A DNA stretch of 64,000 bases from Vicugna vicugna (taxonomy: Eukaryota): the NCBI GenBank assembly GCA_013265495.1, contig MU059441.1, forward strand, positions 434,001 to 498,000. The letters are read 5' to 3'. This document shows positions 34,340 to 45,720 of this stretch, piece by piece; positions within the stretch are counted from its first letter, which is position 1; every line of letters starts with the position of its first letter. The position numbers were made by a program, and so were the translations under genes. Below the pieces are notes generated by a model. That model made no database searches. It had not been told where the DNA came from and saw only the letters and a list, made by a program, of their open reading frames with translations.

Positions 34340-35030
34340 GATCTTGTGTTCTTAGAATTTTGAAATTTCTCTAATTATTTTCTCTTAGCCTGTGTGTCAC
34401 GTAGGAAGGCATGTCATGAAACCCATTTTTAACTTTCTCATCATTGACTTGTAATTTAATTACATTGTCATCCGAGGAGTGGTCCGCGTGACACTGCCAC
34501 ACTGAAGTTTGCTCGTTTATCCTCGTGGGCGGGCCCAGGAAGAGGGGTTGACTTTGCAAGTGTCCCGGTCAGCTCTGAAGAGAATGCAAGCATTTATTCC
34601 ACGTGGGAATAGAGATTCTCGAAAGACGTTTACTGGTTCACTCTTGCTAATTTTAGTATCCAAATCTTCTAAGTCCTTACCAACATTTTCTCTGCAGTCC
34701 TAGGAGAGGAGCATTAGACATGCCACCGATAAGTGTGGTAACGCGCAGGTCTTCTGTACAGCGCTCTTCAGCACGTTAAGGAAGTCTCCTTCTGCTACTG
34801 GTTTGCCGGAGGTTTTTTTTGGATAAATGGGTGTTGTATTTTGTCAAATGCTGTTCCTGCATCTGTTTGAGGTTGGCGTGTGACTTTTCCTCCTTTTGTT
34901 TGTTAATGTGGCATGTGGGTGATTTTTGTACATTAAAGCTACCTTGGACTCCTGGTAGAAATCCCTGCTGATCATGTGGTGTCATCTTTTTCACATATCG
35001 ATGGACTTGGTTTGCTAATTGTTTAGTTAA
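34340..35030 (-). mobile_element. L1 ORF2 relics (EN region then RT N-terminal region), antisense
   Basis: Minus-strand ORF 34776-34994 (KKMTPHDQQGFLPGVQGSFNVQKS..HINKQKEEKSH) resembles L1 ORF2 ([28 protein letters not shown].KDKNH). Confidence 0.8.
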
Positions 35031-35139
35031 GGATTTTGGGGCACCCCTGCTGCTGGAGCTCAGAGCCTGAGACGGGCAGGATGTGGTCCCAGAGGACAGC
35101 TAGGCACTTCCAGACCGCGTGGTGACCAGGCCCTGCTCC

Positions 35140-35250
35140 CCCCTCGTAGCTCTGAGCTCTGGGCTGGTCACTTAAGCCCCTCTGTCCCGTCGTCTGTGAT
35201 GGGGTCACAGTGACCCTGCCCGCCTCCCAGGGATGGTGGGCAGCATGTGG
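35140..35250 (+). mobile_element. MIR fragment
   Basis: tagctctgagctctgggctggtcacttaagcccctctg..gtctgtgatggggtcacag resembles the MIR core. Confidence 0.5.
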
Positions 35251-35425
35251 CCCTCAGCAGGGTGGTGGTTCTGCGGTGTCCTCCCTTGACGGTGCGTGGT
35301 GGCACCACAGTGGGGGGTGACCCCACACAGCGCAGGTTTCCCTTCGTAAGTCTGCATCGTTGCAGCCCCAGTCCAGCCCCCTGCTGCCCGGCTGACAGCT
35401 GACATGGGCTCTGTTCTCTTCCCAG

Positions 35426-35509
35426 GCCAAGGAGCTGGAGAGCCGGGAGGCAGAGCTGAGACGCCGCGACGCCTTCTACAAGGAGCAGCTGGGGCGCCTG
35501 GAGAAGCAG
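35426..35509 (+). CDS. CHCHD6: CHCHD6 (MIC25) internal coding exon, probably exon 5; 84 nt, phase 0/0; AKELESREAELRRRDAFYKEQLGRLEKQ
   Basis: Acceptor ctgttctcttcccAG ends at 35425, with a CTGAC branch-like motif at 35399-35403. Donor is CAG|GTGAGC at 35510. The 28 stop-free codons closely match the human CHCHD6 coiled-coil segment as I recall it (ARELESREAELRRRDTFYKEQLERIERK). 26 of 28 third positions are G/C. Confidence 0.96.
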
Positions 35510-37469
35510 GTGAGCTGGTCCCGCAGGTGGAGCCCACACCTCCGTCGCCAGCCCTGCTGCTGTTTGGGAAGGAGCGACAACGGCGTGACCCCACTGTGAA
35601 CACGTGTAACCTCGTGTCGCTGACATGCTCCTGGGCGTTGGGAGGTCGGAGGCACCATCTCTGTTTTCCTGAGGTTGAGCCTTCAAAGTGGGTGAGACTC
35701 AGACACAGATGGCCTGCCCTTGCCTGAGCGACTTGTGAAAACTCACTGGGGGACTTGCTTACTTTTGGGGGTGATTTAGTCTGTTGATCGTGGCAGTTTT
35801 CAAAGAAACGGCTTAAAACATGGATGGGGATGGTTGGCAGGTTAAAACACATGGTTCTCCCTCTGCCGAGGTGGTGGCCGCAGGACCCTAGCTGCCGGCT
35901 GTCGCTAGCAGGCCCGGGAGCCACGGTGTGGAGCTTTGAAGTTGAGGGCCTGCTCGAGGGCTTGGCTCCCGCAGGCTCTTCTGGGGCTGGTCACCCTGGA
36001 GCCAGGCAGCAGGGGCGGGACGGGCTGCTCCTGCTCCCGGTCACCACCCCCGTGCGCCCCTGCCACGTTCAGGCGGTGCCAGACCTGTGAGGTGCGCCAT
36101 GCGGAGGGAGGCCCCTGTGGCCCTGGCTACCTGCAGCTGTGACAATGACCGTGACCTCAGCCCGCGGCGGGGGCAGCCCTGACAGCAGGGCTGTGGGCCC
36201 GTCCTCTCTGGGTCTGGCTCCTGGAAGTGTCTGGGGTGGGGCGGTGAGAGGGACATGGCCTCAGGGCGTTTCCTCCTCCCTAAGCCAGTGGGGGAAGGAG
36301 CGTCCCTGGCTGGGCCCCCTTCGTCGCCCTTCCCCTCTGTCCCAGGTCAGTCCTCACTCCACATGCAGGCGCCGCCCTCCTGTGAATGGGGCTGTGAGTG
36401 CGCCCCAGGGATGCGTGGAGCCGCCGACCCCCAGACTCCAGCACTTTGCGCAGAGGCGTGCCCTGGCAGGAGGTGGGGCTGGGGCGCACAGGGCCCAGGG
36501 GTCTTCTCAGGGAACTTCTGCCTCCTGGGGCACAGCGTCTGACAGCCTCCTGCAGTAGCTATTGCTTTTCTGTTTTCATGAAAGTTCTGCTTCGTTTGTT
36601 GAATTGCTCAGACCCAGACACTGCCTTCTGCGCGCACGGCTCCTGGCCCTCTGGCCATCCAGCTCCTGTTTATTTCCTTTTAAGCTTAGAAATTGATGGT
36701 GAAAAACTGTTTGTGGGCGACTGGGATCAGCTACCCGATCGTCCTCGACCCCAGCAGCTGGGGTGGGGGTGCGGCGGGGGCAGCCCGGCTGCAGGCCTGG
36801 CCTCGACAGGCAGGTGCAGGAGAGCCTGCAGGGTCCAGCCAGCTCTGAGGGCAGGGATATCCTGACCCTCCTGCACCCAGACGGTTCCTGGGAATCATGG
36901 TGCGGGAATCACGTTTCGTCGGGCGCCCAGGCTTCCTGGTCTTTCTGAGCTGCTGTTCCTCGCGCGCAGACCACCAGACCTGAGTGAGTAGGTTTCTCCA
37001 TTTCACTGCGGAGGGAGGCAAGATGCTGGGCTCACCAGGGCCCCGTGATGCTCACCAGGAGCAAGCCGGGAGTGATGTCCAGCACCCGCGGGAAGCAGAG
37101 GGCAGAGAGCAGGGGGTCTCTCCGCCCATGCTGGGCATGTGGTGGGAGAAGCTGTGGTACCTCTTTGACCAGAAGAGCCACGGCCCCGAATCTCTCGCCA
37201 TCTCGCCTGGCTCAGGGCCGAGGCTCGGTGCACTGGGCCATCTCCCGCAGGAAGTGTCCCGGAGTGGGTCCCTCGCTCGCCTTGCCAGAAGTCAGCTGTC
37301 CTGGGCAAGGGCGACCCTGTGCACCACCCTCCCGCGGAGACCTGCGGTGCTGGTGGCCCTGCGCCCGCCTGCCTTCTGCCTCGGCCTGGGTTCCTGGAGG
37401 GGCGGCAAGCAGGCTTCGGGGCCCAGCAGGGCTCAACCCTGGCTCTGCTGCAGGAATGAAACAGCCTGT

Positions 37470-37570
37470 GTGACTTGAGCAGGTTGTTTAAATTCCACTG
37501 CCTCAGTTTCCTTATCTTTGAAGCAGGAATTTTAAGACGGACCTGCCATTTGCCTGGGGGTGAGTGGTCA
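37470..37570 (+). mobile_element. MIR fragment
   Basis: tgtgtgacttgagcaggttgtttaaattccactgcctcagtttccttatctttgaagcagg. Confidence 0.7.
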
Positions 37571-40500
37571 CTCGTGCAGAGCAGCCACAGAGTGGTGGAC
37601 AGACCCGCTCGCTAATCCCACGTTAACGTAATCCTGCCCACTGCCAGCGCAGGGACAGCTGGGACAGTTGTGGTTCCTACCTCCCAAAGTCCACAGTCCA
37701 GTTTGGAAGGGGAGGGGACGTTGAGGATCAGGGCCCAGAGGGGAGGACTCCTGAGACCCACTTCCTGTGACCAGAGAACCCCCAGCTCTATGGAAATGGC
37801 CTCAGAGCTGAGGGGCGAGGGCATCTGGGGGCCTGGCTTCACAGACTGAGAGGGGAGGGCCCTCCTGACTGTCCAGCACTGGGGTGTGAGCGGCAGTGCT
37901 GCCCCTGGTTTTCCCTCTGCTCCTGCTCAGACCTTTAGGGGCAGCCGTCCCTTGATCCCACCAAGCCTGCAGCCTTCTCAGTGCTGGCACTGAACGGCCC
38001 CTCTTGGTGTTCGGGGGTGTCTGAGGAAGGGAACTCTGCTTCACAAGAGAAGGGGGGCTGCAGTTACAGCCCCAGGCGACCTGTCTCACACTCGGTGGAG
38101 CTGCTGTGGGTACAACAGGCACCAGGTGTGGCGGTTCAGCCTGTGCCCCAGACACTGCGGCAGGGTTGGGGATAGCCTGGCAGGGCGGCCCTGGAAGGCT
38201 GTCATCTGGGGTCCCCGAAGCTAACGGAGCCAAGCCCCAAGGCCTGGCAAGTCTGCAGCCCACAGAACACAGCCCTACTTCACCCGGGGTGCACTGCAGG
38301 ATGTTCTGTGGATGAAGCAGCTGGTCCTCACTGGAGGCCTGCAGGAACAATCTGATCCAGCCGCACACACGCTCGAGGCTCAGGCCAGCGTGGGGGCACG
38401 TGGGGGCGGGATGGCCCTTTACAGGAAGTCCGAGCGTGGAAACTGCTCTGAGCTGTTGGAAGGTGGATGGCTGGCCCCTTTGGAGGGCTCATGGGTGGGC
38501 GAGGGCCCCTTCCTTAACCTGGGTGCTGGTTACAGGGTGTGTCCGGTGATGGGGGCTTACTGGGAGTGTTCGGCCGGTTTTGCCGTTTCTGTGAGAACAT
38601 GACACTCAGTCAAGAGTTGGCGATGCAAAGCCTCAGGCACCAGCAGGCCGCCCACCACTCCGTTTTCCGCACCCATGAAGCCCTGTGTCCCCAGGCCCCC
38701 GGGTCTGTGTTCTAGCCCTTGTCACACTGTCTCGTGGCATCTCCCCTCCAGGATCTGAGCTCAGCGTCCTCTGGGTCTGATCCATCAGGGGTACGTGGGG
38801 TCTGGCAGAGAGCAGGTGGCCAGTAAACATGTGCGAGCAGAAAGGTGGGCTTCCAGGAGGAGGCGGCTTCTGAGGGCAGAGGGCGGTGTCCTGAGTGGGC
38901 AGCTTGCTGTGTGTCAGGGCAGCGCCCCGACAGCGATGACCAGGCACAGAGTGTGGAGCACTCTCAGGGTGGCCCTGGCCTCACGGTCCCCCAAGGGAAC
39001 TGCAGTTTCCTCCGGAAATTCCAGGCGCAGGTGGGGCCCAGGGATCAGCGTTTCGGTGAGCGGTGACTAGCCCGCTAGCTCGCTAACTAGCAGGCGCTCT
39101 GACACCTGAGGAGTGCTGGGCTAGTGTCCTAGGTGATTGCTGGGCCCCCGGGCCTCTTCCTGGTGGCCCCGGTCCCGAGCGTCCAAACGCTGACGTCCCT
39201 GCATGCGTTCTGCCCAGGGCCAGGCTTCGGCCCAGCACCTCGTCTCCTTGGTGAGCCCAGGTTTCATCCCCGTGTCCTAAAACCCACGGGATGAGTGAGG
39301 CATCCATCAGGTGGGGAAGGTGAGGGAGGCGCCAGGAGAACCGAGCCCGCCAGCTGGGCCCTGCCAGTGGAGGGACGTGGCGTTTCCCGCCCAGCCTCGC
39401 CGGCCCTCCTCTCCATGGGCCTCGAGCAGATGTGCTCTAGCTTGTCTGTGCTCTCGGGGGAGGCCGGGACGGGGCCGCCGCTGCTCTGGGCGGCTGCGCC
39501 TCCTCCAGGCAGGTGTGCTTCAGAAATGGAAATGGCCCCGGGGTCCTGCCGCTTTGTGTCAGGGCCGCGTCCTCCTCGTCCAGCTCCCCGTCCCACACTC
39601 AAGGCGGCCGTGAAAGTGAGTGCCTTGGTCTGCGCTACACTCCCTGTGGGTAAAGGGCTCGGCTACACCTTGTCTTGCTCCCGGGCTCAGTGACAGTGGT
39701 CACGGAGCAGGTGAGCCTGGAGGAGCCTTAGGGACAAGAGTGGTTGTGGACTCAGGAGGAGGAGGTCCAGGGTCGGGGTGCAGTGGCTGAGAAGGTGGCA
39801 GGGGTGGCGGTCTGCGTGAGGCTCAACACCCCAAACAACGTCCTCCCGGGACGAGGGCTGTGAACTCGTCCCCAGCTGGACGATTCGGGGTCTGCCCGCC
39901 TGGCCCTCTCCCTGTCCCTGCATGTCCTAGACTCAGTCCTTTGCCTCCTGCACCCCCACCACCCCGTCACCTGTCACCTGGACGAGGGCATCATCCCTGG
40001 CAGTCCCTGTGTCCCTGTCCCGATTCCTTGCTGCTTTGTCCGAGCTTCTCCGCCCTGCCTGACTTCACCTGCTGGCTCCTGCGTGTCCCTCGGACTCAGC
40101 CCTGCCTCTCCTCGACAGAAGCCCCTGTCCTCCAGCCCAGCACAGGGTTTCCCAGTGTTTCCCGTGCTGGCCTCCACAGCCGACGTCGTTGGCTTCCTGC
40201 CCTCAGTGACCTCCAGGTCAGGAAGTGATTCACATTCACACATCACAGCACCAGACGTCCAGAACGTCCAGAGAAAGGGGGAGCGTCCTCTGTGCTCAGC
40301 ACCCCACTGCGGGCCTGGAGGGCTGTGGCTGTGAGCCTGCCTATGCGGAGGCCAGCCGCAGCCTCCCTTCAGGACAGAGGCCTTCCACCTCCCATCAGCA
40401 GCAGCTCAGGCGCCCCCCAGGCCCCACGTACGTGAAACAAGGTGCAGACGCACTCACATGCCCTCGAGAGCCATGGGCAATGTCACGGAAGGGCCGTAGT

Positions 40501-41679
40501 CTTTAAAGACCTCTGGGCCGTGCGCCTCACCCTGTGCCATTGGGATAAAGCAGCCAGTTTGGAGGCGTCTGGTGCTTGATGCCCGCAGTCCCCGGTTCTG
40601 GGGCGGCACCAGCAGGCAGGCTGGACCTGGCACCTGAGCAACAGCGCGTGAAAGGCGTCAGGCTTCCCGGCTCACTTGAAGTGCTTTGGAATGTGAGGAA
40701 TTCCGCCCTGGATTCTCAGCGGGGAATGTAGGGCCCAGCCTTCCCCGGCTTCCTGGGGGAATGCAGGCCGTCCTGGTTCAGAGGGCCGGGTGGTGACGAG
40801 AACTCCAGCTACTGGTGAGATAACCAGATCCCGCGGGACTGGCTTGCTGGTTGCCAGCAGGGGCTTTGCTGGAACCGTGGGACCTGCGGGCACCTCTGTG
40901 TCCCTGGGGCACCTGGCAGGCGTACTGGCCTCACACCCACTCTGTCCACGCCCCGGAGGCACGGTTGTCTGGCCCTGAGCCAGCTGTTCACCAACCCTGC
41001 GGCCACAAGCGGGGTTGCTGGCCTGGGATGGGGGTGGGAGTTGGGCAGAGCCCACAACCCTGGGAGCAACAGCAAGGTGCTGGGGGCAGAGTCAGTGGCG
41101 TCCGGGTCCTGGATTGCTGTGTACAGTGGGCTGTATGTGGCGGTGGTCCTCTGTCCTTGTCACTTTGGTGTCTGTGTTTGGTGACATTTGAAGGAATGTG
41201 GTAAAGTTCAGTTGTGACCACTTTCTGTTTTCTCAGCAGTTACAGGAAACATCTCAGTTTCCTCCTGAATGTGTGATCCCAAAGCTGTGGGCAGAGCGTC
41301 CCGCGTGGGCAGCTGCCCCGGCGACCCTCCACGTGCCGGCAGGGACTTCATGGGACGTGAGGCCACTGCACAGAAACCGGCTCTCAGCAGGCTCCAGCAG
41401 GAACGCTTGTCCTGTGAGGCACGGCCTTGTTTCTTTAGATCCACTCTCGGTTGTGCTAATGACGGAAGGAGAAGTAAGAACAGGAGGAAAGTCTGAGAGC
41501 TCCGGTCAGTGAGCCGGGAAGCGGGAGCGTGACAGAGAGGCCTGAGCAGTGGGGCAGGGCGAGGCCGGGCGTGAATGGGCCTGGAGAGGGGAAGCACACG
41601 GACTGCGGAGTTAACTCTCTGGGCTGCGAGTGGCTAACTGCTGCCCAGAGTCTCAGCGGCGGAGGCAGAGGAAGAGACA

Positions 41680-41890
41680 GATGCACGTGAACCTCCTTAG
41701 TTCCCAGGAGGAGACTGGGGACGGATGAACTAGAAACGAGGGAGGCTTGTACCTGCAGGTGCGGGGACGGGCTGGGGGGACACGGAGTGGTGGGGCATCT
41801 CTGAGTACAGTTTCTATAAATAGTCTGGCTTTCGAACCATGTTAATATTTTGCTTATTCAAAAATTAAATCAACAAAGATGGGGTTAAGA
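41680..41890 (+). mobile_element. L1MC/L1ME-like 3' end fragment
   Basis: ctctgagtacagtttctataaatagtctggctttcgaaccatgttaatattttgcttattcaaaaattaaa. Confidence 0.4.
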
Positions 41891-42489
41891 TGAATACAGG
41901 CAGAAGTAAGTGAAGCTAGCTGCCCGCCGGCAGGGCCACCCAGCCGAGGAGCAACCGGGTTAGTGCAGGAGGGCTTCCCACCCTCTCCCGCTCCTTCCCG
42001 TGAGGTGCGGCTGAGAACCCCGGAAGTGTGGGTGCAGGACCAGAGGAGGGGGCCGGGGTGGGAGCCTGGGCTGGAGGGGCTCACGGCCCCACCTAGTGAC
42101 AGGACGCAAGCCCAGGCCAGTGCCCCCGGGCCCCGCCTCGTGCAGACGGCTGCCCAGGGGGCCTCCCGCTCCTCCAGATGGAGGGGGTCCCACCAGCCAC
42201 ACTGGGGACCAGGTGAGAGCCGCCCTGACAAGCGGCCCCAAGAAGCGCTCTTCATCCTGAGGGGCCGGAGAGTCCCTTCCTCCCCCCAGGGACCCCAGGT
42301 GGCTCGACAGCGTGACGGAGGTGGCTGGGGAGCACTGGCCTGGGGAGTGGTCCTCATCCGTGGACAGGAGAGTCCTTTCTCCCACCTAGAGACACGAGTG
42401 CCTTCTCAGCCGCTGACAGGCGTGCTGGGTGGAAAATCATCAAGGGCGCGCGAGGTCGGGGCGCAGCCGCCTGGCAGGGCCTGGCTGCC

Positions 42490-45400
42490 CTGGAAAGACA
42501 CTCCAGCAACAGCCACGTTTGCGTTTTTGACCACCTGTGGAACCAAAATAGTTTATATCCTGGGTCATAAAAGAAACCTTAAACTTAAAAGAATTGAAAC
42601 CAACATGTGAAAATGCGTGGGTTACAGCGTAAGCAGGGTTGAAAGGGAAACTTACAGCAGTAAAAGCTTCATTAGAAAAGAGGAGAAGTTTCAAATTAAA
42701 GATTCTACCTCAAAAATTAGAAAAACAAGAGCAAAATAAACCACAGCAAGCAGGAGAAAGGGAACAGGGGAGGTGGGAACAGAAAATACAGTCCTAACAG
42801 GAAACAGTTGAGAGAATTGATGACACAGAATGCTGGTTCTTGGAAAGAATGAATAAAATCGATAAACCTCTGTCTGGCAAGACTGACAGAGACCGAGGGA
42901 CACACGTCGCGTGAGCAGCAGTGAGACAGGTGGTCACGCACGTCCCTCGGCCGCCCCTCCGGGGAGGTGACCCCACCAGCAGCTTTAGGCTCGTAAATTC
43001 AACAATGCAGAAGGAATGGGCCGATTCTTCGAAAACCACAAACTACAAAAGCTCAGCTGAGGTGACGCTGGTACGCAGAGTAGTCCTGTGGCCGCGAAAG
43101 ACAGGACGCCGCGACTGTAAACCTCCGGGAGAGGGAGTCTCCGGGCCCAAGCGGCTGCTCTGGAGGTCGCTGCCAGACACTTAAAGAAGAATGGAAACCA
43201 GTTCTACACAATCTCTTCTAGAAAAAGGAAGCCCCGGGGAGACCTCCCAGCTCACTTTATGCAGCCAGTATTACCTTGTCAGACAAGCAGTGTGACCAAA
43301 CCAGATGCAGGCGAAACTGCAGACGAGGTTTCTCATGAATTTGGACACAAAATCCTCCACTAAATGTTTGCAAACCAAAATCAGCAATGGATGAAAAGAA
43401 TTTTTCTTTAAAAAGAATAGAGTTATATACCATGTGTATATAAAGTGGGTTTTTTTTCTGGGTGTGCAAGGCTGGGTCAGTGTTTGAAAATCAATTAAAT
43501 CCATCATGTCAAGTGAAGGGGGAAAAATCATATGGTCATATTAACCGACAGAGAAGTATTTGACAAAAATCAACAGCCACTCATGATACAAAAACAAAAA
43601 CAAAAAACAAAAAAAACCTTTCAGAAAATCAGGACCAGAGGGCGGGAGCTACCTTAACTTGTTAAGGACCATGCACTGGAACCCCGCAGCTGTCACCAGG
43701 GTAAGGATGGGGTTCTGAGCGCCCTCCCCCTAAGATGGGGACCAGGGCTTCACCGCTGTCCCTCAGGGCACCAGCGAGACACTAGCCTCTGCAGTAGGAC
43801 AAGAAAGAGAAATGCAGGGCTTGTGGATTGGAAAGGAAGAAGTGGAACTGTCCCCGTTTTCATGTGACACCGTCATCTGCTTGGAAAGTCCTGAGGAATC
43901 AAAACCGAAACCAACCGTGGCACGAATAAAGGCACTCGGCACGCTCGCGAGACCCTAGACCAACACACGAGAGTCACTCGTGTTGCAGACTGCTGTGTTC
44001 TGACAACATCTGGACGCTGAAATTGAAACCATCCAAAGCAAGTGCCATAAAAGGAGACAACGATGCAATGGACCTCATCAAAATCACAAGCTTTCGTTCT
44101 GTGCGAGACCCTGGGCGGAAGATGGCAAGAGAAGCTACGGACGGGGGAACGTGTTTGCAAACCACACACCAGACAAAGGCCCGGGATTGGAACAGAAAGT
44201 GCGCTCAGCTTGCCAGCAGGAAAATACATAAATAAAGACCGACAGTCCAATTAGGACGATTAGCCGAGGGGACACAGATGGCAGGTGGGCACATGAAAAG
44301 ACACCCAGCCTCGTCAGCCAGTGGCTGCACAGCTCAGCCCGCTGTGTGCCACCCGCACCTAGATGTCGGGAGCGTTCCAGAGATGACGAGGGGTGTGGAT
44401 GTACTCAGGACAGAGGAGCCGGCCAGAAGGAGGGCCCCCGAGCCAGGTTCGGGTGCCTTGTCTGAGCAGCACAATGCGAAATGACAGAAATGGGTTACAA
44501 TGCACTGCATTGTAAGGAAAGAATTTGAGTCCATTCTGATACGAAAATATATGGAAGCAAAGGAGGAGAAGGAAAGGGAACCTTTCTTCACAGAGTGACG
44601 ACCGCTAACCACAGAGACGGTTATCAACAGCCTCTCCTTTGCTACTATCATAATAATGATCAATTCATTGAAAACCATGAACTGATGTAAGGCCGATGGG
44701 AGCTGGACTGTCCCGCGGTCTCTCTTACAGCGTCGGTCCTCGGAGTGTGTTGTGGGGGAAGGGCGGGCAGTCAGCCGCTCCCATGCAGCAGGTCGCCTCA
44801 GAACGGCCGTCATTAGGGTCGTAGGGCCCGTGAGCCAGGCGCGCAGACGGCGCAGGATGGGCCCCCTCTGCTTCCTGAGGTCCAGACGACTTCCCGTCTG
44901 GTGGCTGGAACCATCTAAAACTGCCTTCCACCCCGGCCTCTGGCAGTCAGTTGGGACTTCCCAGGACTGTTGGCAGGACGTTCACACGTGTCCCCTCGGT
45001 GTGGGCTCTCCAGGGTCCCAAGAGAGCCAGCGTTTGTGATCTCGACTCCGAGGCCCTGTTGTGTCACGTTGGCACAGTCACAAAGCTGCCCCCGTGGACG
45101 CAGGAGGGGTGTCGCATGACCTCGTGTGCCAACCAAGCATGTGCATGGGAGACATGCCGGCCGGCCTGCCGATGGGGCAGCCTGTGGCCACCACCTCAAT
45201 CCCTCACCTCAGTAACGGCACCCACCAAGGATGTGCTGTCACCTGCAGCTGAGCCGAGCGTGCAGAAACAATTGTCCAAATCCACGCAGAGGGACCTTCT
45301 CAGGAACAGCCGTCCTGGACCCTAACCCAGCATCAGTGTCCTGAGAGGCCAGAGAGAGGGTGTGGACAGGGCAGCTGGAGGGTCAGGAGGAGGCAGGTCA

Positions 45401-45720
45401 GTGAGGACGTGCCCGATTGAGCCCCAGATTTAGGGGCTGGTGGTTCTTGGGATAATCAGAAAAAGTCAAATATAGAGCACATTTTAGAAAATGATTTTCC
45501 TGCTGCCATGAAGTGTCCCGACCGTGGTGGTCGTCGCGTGTTTACGTAGAGAGTCGGCGTCACCTGGCTCGTAGGAGATGCTGCCGGAGGGTTTGGGGGT
45601 GAAGGGTCCTGACCGCCAGCTCTCAGCGGAGATGGGCGGAACCCTGTGGATGATGGATCTGGGTGAAGTGGGTCTGTCTCTGAGTTGCACACACAGGTTT
45701 GAAAATGTTCAGGATGAGAA
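42490..45720 (+). mobile_element. L1MC-like relic, sense: ORF2 EN/RT fragments, internal deletions and a long 3' UTR
   Basis: Contains tatcctgggtcataaaagaaacc, aaaatcctccactaaatgtttgcaaacc and gtatttgacaaaaatcaacagccactcatgata. ORF 44023-44235 (KASAIKGDNDAMDLIKITSFRS) resembles L1 ORF2. L1MC-like 3' UTR text is present at ~45250-45700. Confidence 0.8.

Larger units (their letters stand above)
1..35425 (+). other. CHCHD6: 3' part of the large upstream CHCHD6 intron; the preceding exon lies outside the window
   Basis: I found no sequence resembling the CHCHD6 N-terminal region here. The region is repeat-rich and ends in the acceptor of the 35426 exon. Confidence 0.75.

Noticed and set aside
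35404-35727. 107-aa ORF overlapping the first CHCHD6 exon
   Set aside because: It is out of frame with the real exon (offset 22 nt) and crosses both splice sites.
42490-44270. Reverse-transcriptase-like peptide fragments (also at 6369-6578, 11044-11253, 24605-24883 and 34776-34994)
   Set aside because: These are short, frameshifted, heavily substituted L1 ORF2 relics, not an active or domesticated RT.
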